The notes under the pieces: model-generated
The model's database searches: none
What the model was told of the DNA's origin: nothing
Seen by the model: only the letters and a program-made list of their open reading frames with translations
Made by a program: the position numbers and the translations under genes
Shown: one piece after another, positions 55,776-64,000 of the stretch
Position numbering within the stretch: the first letter of the stretch is position 1
Layout: each line of letters starts with the position of its first letter
Origin: Eledone cirrhosa
Taxonomy: Eukaryota
DNA: 64,000 bases
Direction of reading: 5' to 3'
Assembly: GCA_964016885.1 (NCBI GenBank)
Contig: OZ024741.1
Span: forward strand, 384,214,001-384,278,000

Positions 55776-57231
55776 GCAAAAAGTTTTATTTAAAATGTTG
55801 GGTTACAACGAGTAAATATTTTATAACTGATATAAAAGCACTCAACAAGTTTTGGAGTATTTTACGATATTAAACAAATGGAAATTACATTTATAAAACC
55901 ATATTTATCTCATTATATATATTTCAGGGATATCATATTAAAAATATGGTATGCCCTCTTCAGACAAAATACAATATATAGACAGTTTTATAAATAAATT
56001 TGACATACCTTAGAGTTTACAACTTCCATTTAAAAAGTTGTTACGGTAGTGAAAATGTTAAGGACGGTTAGAAAGAAAGACGGAGAGAAAAGGAAAAAAA
56101 AGGAAAAAGAAAAAGAAGGAGAAAAGAAAAAGAAAGAGCGGAAGGTGAAGAAGATGAAGAAATGTATGTAAAGAGAAAACCACCAAATGAGAGATCTATG
56201 AGGGAAGGGGGTACTGTAATTATTCATTTGTTTATTTATTTATTTAGTATTAAGGATACGGGAAGAAATAAAAACAAAAATAAATAAGGAGAGGTAGATC
56301 GAGTAATATCTATCATACGAGGTGGGAGAGATAGGGGAGGGGTGATATACAGGAGATAGAGTTAAAACGGCCGATATAAGAGTAGAGGGAGGAGGAGAGG
56401 AGATATACTTAGAAACAAAAATGATAGTTTTAAAATATTATGTTTCATCAGTCTATCAATTCCTATGAATTATAATGTAAACATCAATATCCATGAATGA
56501 GACACATATCAATAATGTGTGAAAAAATAGTGACTATATGTTTAGTCTAAAAATCCATAGGTTTATAATCAAAATCTGAGATAAAACCTCAAAAAATACT
56601 GGAATACATAGGTACACATGTATCCTCATGAAAAAAGAGAAAAGAGAAAGAAAAAGAGAAGGTTATCTCAAACTGACATTATAGACACATGTGAGTTTAC
56701 ATGATCAGCTCTGTAAATTTTTATTTCACATGGAAATCTTCATTGCGCCAAACAGATTTTACCATACACATAAGTGTACATACATATATATATATACATA
56801 AAATATACATTATTAATAATAATAATATTCTTGCCCTTTCTTACATGATTATCGTACAAGCATAGAATAGAACAGATATCAATATATTAAAATATTAAAA
56901 ACGCCAAGAATATTTTCCTCCCCAGAATATCTAGGGCCGTAATAAAAACACAGTGTGCCCAGCATATCAATCAATCCCTCCAATTTATTTGACAATATTG
57001 CCAAGTTTATTAGAAGCAATCAGAGCCAAAAGCAAACAAAACCAAAATTATTCACCAAACCTATTTAGCAGAAATCATTAAAAAAACTTTAGGATGCTCG
57101 GTTGTTCTACAGATGCTCTTATATTTATTCTAGAAGTTTATCTAGCTTAAAAATGTTATTCAATAGATTTGGATCATCACCGTTTTAAGGTAGTTTAATT
57201 ACATTATTAATTATATATTCATTAAGAAGGT

Positions 57232-58308
57232 TTAAAGAACTGAAGGAATCGAAAGATCCACCGCCAAGTTTTCTAAAATAATTAAAAGTCTTAAGTAAAC
57301 ACACCACACTCCAAACCCATATTTATACCCAAAAGTTGAGTTCAATCTATGTCTGCAGCAACCGAATAAATTGGTCCGTAAATCAAGGGAACCTTTAGAT
57401 TTTAGTATAAAGAATATCTCCTCTGCGCAGAGGTCACATGTCTCAGAGGAGGAATTAAAAGGAATCCCTCCTGAGACCATATTCCAAACCGTCGAATATC
57501 CAACGTTATCATGTCTAAGTTGCCAGAGCAAGCCTGATAGCGATGTTGAAGATTTTTTGTTTGGATCTGTGAAAGAATTCCCGTGATTACTACAGCGAAG
57601 TTTAAATTCTGTCGAGGCGGAACCAACATAATTAAAAGAATTCAAGTCAGTTTTAACATTACAGTTGTATACTATATTTCTAACTAAGCAATTGTCATCC
57701 AACGGGCATTTAGATCTATCTCTACAGTCACAGTTGTTTACCCGAATATTGCCTATGCCATTATCGGTATTTTGGCCAGGTTTTAGATCTCTATTATTTA
57801 TTCTATTAATATCCTGTGCTAAATTTTTGGTGGACGAGTAGGTTAATTTTATAGCATGTCTATTGAAAACTGAGCGACACTTATGTGCTCTAGGGAATCG
57901 CCCGCCAAGAGCATTAAAAAATAGTTTAGCGATGTGGGTTTTAATGTTTAGTGAGAAAGGGGGGGGGGGCAAACCAAATTATGTTTCTAGTTCTATTCCT
58001 TTTCTGGTTTTTGGAATTATTGTAATTCTTTCTATTCTAGTTGTTAAAGTTGTTACCGTAATTAAAATTGTTGTTATTTTGATTAGTTTGTCTATTATTA
58101 TCGATGTACGTAATTTTATCACTATATCCTGCTCTAGCTAACGCTTCATTGTAATAGTGGGCTTTTTGGTCGAAAATATTTTTATTAGATGAGATTCTAG
58201 AGATACGTTTTTGAACAGAGTTCACTATAGTATTTTTAACAGATCTGGGGTGGTTGGAGTTAAAGTTGACATAATTCAAGTTTTCATTTAACTTGTGAAA
58301 TGGATAGT
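57232..58308 (-). pseudogene. Inverted partial copy of the PLE-A ORF (thumb + GIY-YIG)
   Basis: Reverse complement of 59700-60782. Confidence 0.9.
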
Positions 58309-58478
58309 TTTATATATGTAATTTCCATTTGTTTAATATCGTAAAATACTCCAAAACCTGTTGAGTGCTTTTATATCAGTTATAAAATATTTACTCGTTG
58401 TAACCCAACATTTTAAATAAAACTTTTGCATATTTTCTGCTCCAATACTGTTGAGCGCTTTATATTATAACTGAAAAA

Positions 58479-60782
58479 ATGGAATTCTTTAAGATCTCTT
58501 CTTCTCTAAAAGACATACCTCTACCTAGAAACAAAGACTTTATTAAACAATTAATAGATAAATCAGACTCTTTTATAAGGAGAATCAGGTGGCGTGCATT
58601 CTACTTTGATAAATCTAATACTAATGATAATGTCTCAGACTTAGATAAAGTTTTCAAATCTAAAAAAAATCCACCCCCCAACAAACTTTTAATTGATTTT
58701 GAAAACGATATAATCTCTATCATACAAGGAGTCAAATTCAAGAGAAACTTCAAAGGCCAGGAATATCTGAAAAGCATTAAGGATAATATTGTGAGCTTAG
58801 AGAGAACAGAGAAGATCTTGGTGAAATCGGACAAAACCAACAACCTCTATGGACTGGATAAAGACATGTATAATGGCCTCATACTGAAAGAACTAAGGAA
58901 AAAGTACAAGGTAGCATATAAGGCTGAACTTGAGAAAATGAACGTTGAGGCATCTTGTATAACGCATGAGTTGGAAATTGAGAACAAAACACAACCTTTC
59001 TTGCCCAGGAAACCCAAGATCAATATGAAAGATCACAAAAGAAATTTTGAAAACGACTTGCCAGTCAGATTGATCGCACCATCAAAATCTGACCTGGGTA
59101 AACTTAGCAAAAACATTCTAGACAGGGTGATACAGCAAATTAAGAACTTGAATTGTTCACCTAACTTAAGCTTGTGGAAGGGAACTGGAGAGGTTATTGA
59201 GTGGTTTAAAGAAATTAAATATAACAATAATAATAAATTTATTCAACTAGATATTGCTAACTACTATTCATCTATTACCCCTAACCTACTAAATAAGGCA
59301 CTAAATTATGCATTCAAACATACAGACCTAACTAGCAATGAAATGCACATTATACTATCGGCAAGAAAAACATTGATAGAATTTAATAACCAACTATGAC
59401 TAGGGCAGATAGGGATAGCAATTTTGACATTACTATGGGATCATCTGACTCAGCTCAGGTAACAGACCTTGTGGGCCTATTTATAATTAATTCGCTGCAT
59501 AGGAAAATACCCGGTGCTACCGGAGGATTATATCGGGATGACATGCTTTTACTTATTGAAAATAATAACTCTGAACTAAATAGAAAAAGAAAACAAATTA
59601 TACAATTTTTTAATTACCTTAATCTAAAAATAGAAATTGAGAATAACCATAGAATAGTCAATTTCCTAGATGTAACATTAAATCTCAACACATGTCTTCA
59701 CTATCCATTTCACAAGTTAAATGAAAACTTGAATTATGTCAACTTTAACTCCAACCACCCCAGATCTGTTAAAAATACTATAGTGAACTCTGTTCAAAAA
59801 CGTATCTCTAGAATCTCATCTAATAAAAATATTTTCGACCAAAAAGCCCACTATTACAATGAAGCGTTAGCTAGAGCAGGATATAGTGATAAAATTACGT
59901 ACATCGATAATAATAGACAAACTAACCAAAATAACAACAATTTTAATTACGGTAACAACTTTAACAACTATAATAGAAAGAATTACAATAATTCCAAAAA
60001 CCAGAAAAGGAATAGAACTAGAAACATAATTTGGTTTGCCCCCCCCCCCCCCCCCCTTCTCACTAAACATTAAAACCCACATCGCTAAACTATTTTTTAA
60101 TGCTCTTGGCGGGCGATTCCCTAGAGCACATAAGTGTCGCTCAGTTTTCAATAGACATGCTATAAAATTAACCTACTCGTCCACCAAAAATTTAGCACAG
60201 GATATTAATAGAATAAATAATAGAGATCTAAAACCTGGCCAAAATACCGATAATGGCATAGGCAATATTCGGGTAAACAACTCTGACTGTAGAGATAGAT
60301 CTAAATGCCCGTTGGATGACAATTGCTTAGTTAGAAATATAGTATACAACTGTAATGTTAAAACTGACTTGAATTCTTTTAATTATGTTGGTTCCGCCTC
60401 GACAGAATTTAAACTTCGCTGTAGTAATCACGGGAATTCTTTCACAGATCCAAACAAAAAATCTTCAACATCGCTATCAGGCTTGCTCTGGCAACTTAGA
60501 CATGATAACGTTGGATATTCGACGGTTTGGAATATGGTCTCAGGAGGGATTCCTTTTAATTCCTCCTCTGAGACATGTGACCTCTGCGCAGAGGAGATAT
60601 TCTTTATACTAAAATCTAAAGGTTCCCTTGATTTACGGACCAATTTATTCGGTTGCTGCAGACATAGATTGAACTCAACTTTTGGGTATAAATATGGGTT
60701 TGGAGTGTGGTGTGTTTACTTAAGACTTTTAATTATTTTAGAAAACTTGGCGGTGGATCTTTCGATTCCTTCAGTTCTTTAA
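58479..60782 (+). pseudogene. PLE-A RT + GIY-YIG polyprotein (frameshifts at ~59397 and at the poly-C ~60040)
   Basis: SLKDIPLP, FIRRIRWRA, KSDKTNNLY, KDHK..RLIAPSKS, LDIANYYSSI, FDITMGS, GLYRDD, NFLDVTLNL, SNHP, RNIIWF, CPLDDNCL, IVYNC..YVG, CDLC..E, CRH. Confidence 0.92.
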
Positions 60783-62042
60783 ACCTTCTTCATGAATATA
60801 TAATTAATAATGTAATTAAACTACCTTAAAACGGTGATGATCCAAATCTATTGAATAACATTTTTAAGCTAGATAAACTTCTAGAATAAATATAAGAGCA
60901 TCTGTAGAACAACCGAGCATCCTAAAGTTTTTTTAATGATTTCTGCTAAATAGGTTTGGTGAATAATTTTGGTTTTGTTTGCTTTTGGCTCTGATTGCTT
61001 CTAATAAACTTGGCAATATTGTCAAATAAATTGGAGGGATTGATTGATATGCTGGGCACACTGTGTTTTTATTACGGCCCTAGATATTCTGGGGAGGAAA
61101 ATATTCTTGGCGTTTTTAATATTTTAATATATTGATATCTGTTCTATTCTATGCTTGTACGATAATCATGTAAGAAAGGGCAAGAATATTATTATTATTA
61201 ATAATGTATATTTTATGTATATATATATATGTATGTACACTTATGTGTATGGTAAAATCTGTTTGGCGCAATGAAGATTTCCATGTGAAATAAAAATTTA
61301 CAGAGCTGATCATGTAAACTCACATGTGTCTATAATGTCAGTTTGAGATAACCTTCTCTTTTTCTTTCTCTTTTCTCTTTTTTCATGAGGATACATGTGT
61401 ACCTATGTATTCCAGTATTTTTTGAGGTTTTATCTCAGATTTTGATTATAAACCTATGGATTTTTAGACTAAACATATAGTCACTATTTTTTCACACATT
61501 ATTGATATGTGTCTCATTCATGGATATTGATGTTTACATTATAATTCATAGGAATTGATAGACTGATGAAACATAATATTTTAAAACTATCATTTTTGTT
61601 TCTAAGTATATCTCCTCTCCTCCTCCCTCTACTCTTATATCGGCCGTTTTAACTCTATCTCCTGTATATCACCCCTCCTCTATCTCTCCCACCTCGTATG
61701 ATAGATATTACTCAATCTACCTCTCCTTATTTATTTTTGTTTTTATTTCTTCCCGTATCCTTAATACTAAATAAATAAATAAACAAATGAATAATTACAG
61801 TACCCCCTTCCCTCATAGATCTCTCATTTGGTGGTTTTCTCTTTACATACATTTCTTCATCTTCTTCACCTTCCGCTCTTTCTTTTTCTTTTCTCCTTCT
61901 TTTTCTTTTTCCTTTTTTTTCCTTTTCTCTCCGTCTTTCTTTCTAACCGTCCTTAACATTTTCACTACCGTAACAACTTTTTAAATGGAAGTTGTAAACT
62001 CTAAGGTATGTCAAATTTATTTATAAAACTGTCTATATATTG

Positions 62043-62108
62043 TATTTTGTCTGAAGAGGGCATACCATATTTTTAATATGATATCCCTGAAATATATATA
62101 ATGAGATA
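62043..62108 (+). ncRNA. Type I HHR with (TA)n stem III (mirror copy 55906-55971, minus)
   Basis: tattttgt-CUGAAGA-ggg..ccct-GAAA-tatata-UA-atgagata. Confidence 0.75.
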
Positions 62109-62239
62109 AATATGGTTTTATAAATGTAATTTCCATTTGTTTAATATCGTAAAATACTCCAAAACTTGTTGAGTGCTTTTATATCAGTTATAAAATATTT
62201 ACTCGTTGTAACCCAACATTTTAAATAAAACTTTTTGCA

Positions 62240-62296
<57 letters not shown>

Positions 62297-62622
62297 GTAA
62301 AAGGTAAACAGAAATAACAACACAATTGGTACAGTATATGGAAGAAATATATTAGGTTAACACTTGAAATAGCAGGAAGAGTGTTTTAAGGTTTCAGACA
62401 CTAGTCCTTCATCAGAAAAAAGAATGAGAAATTAGATATATTGAAGGGCAGGGCGGAGTGGAATTGGAAAACATGTCTTTAGATAAAAATAACAGGTCCA
62501 TTCATGTTGCCATCTCTTATATATATATGTGTGTGTGGATGTATGTGTATATATGTATGAGTGTATATATGGATGTCCGTACAGATGCGCACATGTGATT
62601 TTATGTGTGCATGTATGTATAT

Positions 62623-62695
<73 letters not shown>

Positions 62696-62819
62696 CAAAA
62701 GGGATATTTAATTTTATAAATATTGACATATCCAGGAAGAAGATCTTAACTATCCAGGAAAAACTTGAACCGTTAAGATCTTCTTCCTGGATATGTGAAT
62801 ATTTATAAAACAAACTTTG

Positions 62820-62882
62820 TATTTTATCTGATGAGAACGTACCAAAGTTTTGGTACCCTTGAAATATATATATAATAGAATA
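62820..62882 (+). ncRNA. Type I HHR with (TA)n stem III (mirror copy 55136-55198, minus)
   Basis: tattttat-CUGAUGA-gaac gtaccaaa gt tttggtac cctt-GAAA-tatatata-UA-atagaata. Confidence 0.78.
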
Positions 62883-63230
62883 AATATGGTGTTATAAATA
62901 TACTTCCCATTTATTTAATATCATTGTATATGTATTCTTCTCACTCCTAGATAAAAACTTCCCATCTGGCCACAAGTACCATAGCCTTTTAAACAAAAAC
63001 ACAATTAAAATCCCCTACTCTACTACGCCTAACATAGCATACCACATAGCTAGTAGCAATAAAAGAAAAATTAATTCTTACTTCCAACAAACTAAATCAC
63101 AACAGGCGGTAAACCTTCAAAATAACATTATATCAACTAACCCTGATAACAATAGTAATAATAGTAATAGCACTAGTGTAAGCAATAACGCTGGGAACGA
63201 CAACCCCCATAACCATAATCCTATAGCTAC

Positions 63231-64000
63231 CATTTTACTAGCTTCAAGAACGCGTCTACACGACGTGAGAAAGAATCCCAAAAGGCGGAGGGGGAGATAG
63301 TCACGCGATATAACGGTCGAGAAACAGAGCTAAGCCTCTTATAACTCTGAAGAAAATACCACGGAGGCGGAGGGGGTATTTATATCGAAGCCGTTGTGTT
63401 GTTGGTGGTGCGAGTACGGAGTTAATTATTATAAAATAACGCGTTCTTGAAGCTAGTAAAATGAGGTATCCTCTTGATAAGTCGGCAGACCTCGCAAGGA
63501 CTCTATATCTTTATGATGTATTGTTTTTGTTTATGCCACGAAACTACGTAGTCGAGGAATCTAGGAGCAGTTTAGGTATGATACATTTTATTACTAATTA
63601 TATCTAAATGTTTCTTCTCTCTTCATAATGTATTTTTAACTCTGATACTGGTTCAGTCTAATTCAACCGGATTGGTCTGTCCCAGTCATTCATTGAGCAA
63701 CATCGGTGAGGTTGGCACCATTAACTCACGGTTGGGTGTGGATGCATTCATGTATATGTGTGTGTCCGCATGTATCTGTGTGTTTCTAAATATATTGTTA
63801 ATAACTCCCTCTGGTCGAGTAATCTTTGAAGTGTGGTGACTGCTGGAAAGCTTCCATTACTCATACTTCTCGCCTCCTTCATCACCTCTTCTACGGCTTC
63901 GATATAAATACCCCCTCCGCCTCCGTGGTATTTTCTTCGGGGTTATAAGAGGCTTAGCTCTGTTTCTCGACCGTTATATCGCGTGACTATCTCCCCCTCT
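63231..64000 (+). mobile_element. Second insertion of the 591-bp retrozyme-like family (inverted 5' piece 63231-63395, then a unit from 63439); HHR at 63469-63558
   Basis: Slightly diverged reverse complement of the 36803 array unit. The U3-A8 core is conserved. Confidence 0.85.

Larger units (their letters stand above)
58309..62240 (+). mobile_element. Near full-length PLE-A (Naiad-like) with a partial 5' and a 3' terminal repeat
   Basis: 58309-58430 matches 62113-62240. HHR at 62043-62108 in the 3' repeat; ends in (TA)n. Confidence 0.88.
54785..63233. repeat. Large inverted duplication: arms 54785-58308 and 59700-63233 (~3.5 kb, near-identical)
   Basis: Matching inverted ORFs (57232-57972 vs 60036-60782; 56030-56227 vs 61787-61984) and matching junction sequences. 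Confidence 0.95.

Noticed and set aside
59394-59402. TGA in the PLE-A RT as possible selenocysteine (some Naiad PLEs encode selenoproteins)
   Set aside because: It falls at a Trp-type position and the protein continues in another frame, so it is a 1-nt deletion. I saw no in-frame TGA at conserved Cys sites.

Overview
This is AT-rich, microsatellite-laden eukaryotic (animal) DNA. The SINE types and (TA)n/(CA)n load point to an octopus or other coleoid cephalopod, which is an inference. I found no convincing host gene; the window is almost all mobile DNA. It holds two Helitrons with Rep/Helicase pseudogenes, non-autonomous Helitrons, a near full-length Tx1/L1-type LINE, RTE remnants, tRNA-derived SINEs and at least four Penelope-like elements (PLEs), one lying in a ~3.5 kb inverted duplication. 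Two signals stand out. (1) Roughly 25-30 hammerhead-ribozyme (HHR) motifs from about ten sequence families. Many sit one per unit in 420-591 bp non-coding tandem/fold-back repeats embedded in (TA)n (retrozyme-like, non-autonomous PLE-type), and some have unusual cores (U3-A8 covariant, U4A, (TA)n stem III, ultra-minimal type III). (2) Strongly one-directional A-to-G hypermutation in one arm of a fold-back element and in PLE ORFs, which looks like ADAR hyper-edited RNA reverse-transcribed and fixed in the genome. All alignments, counts and folds were done by eye and need computational and biochemical confirmation.
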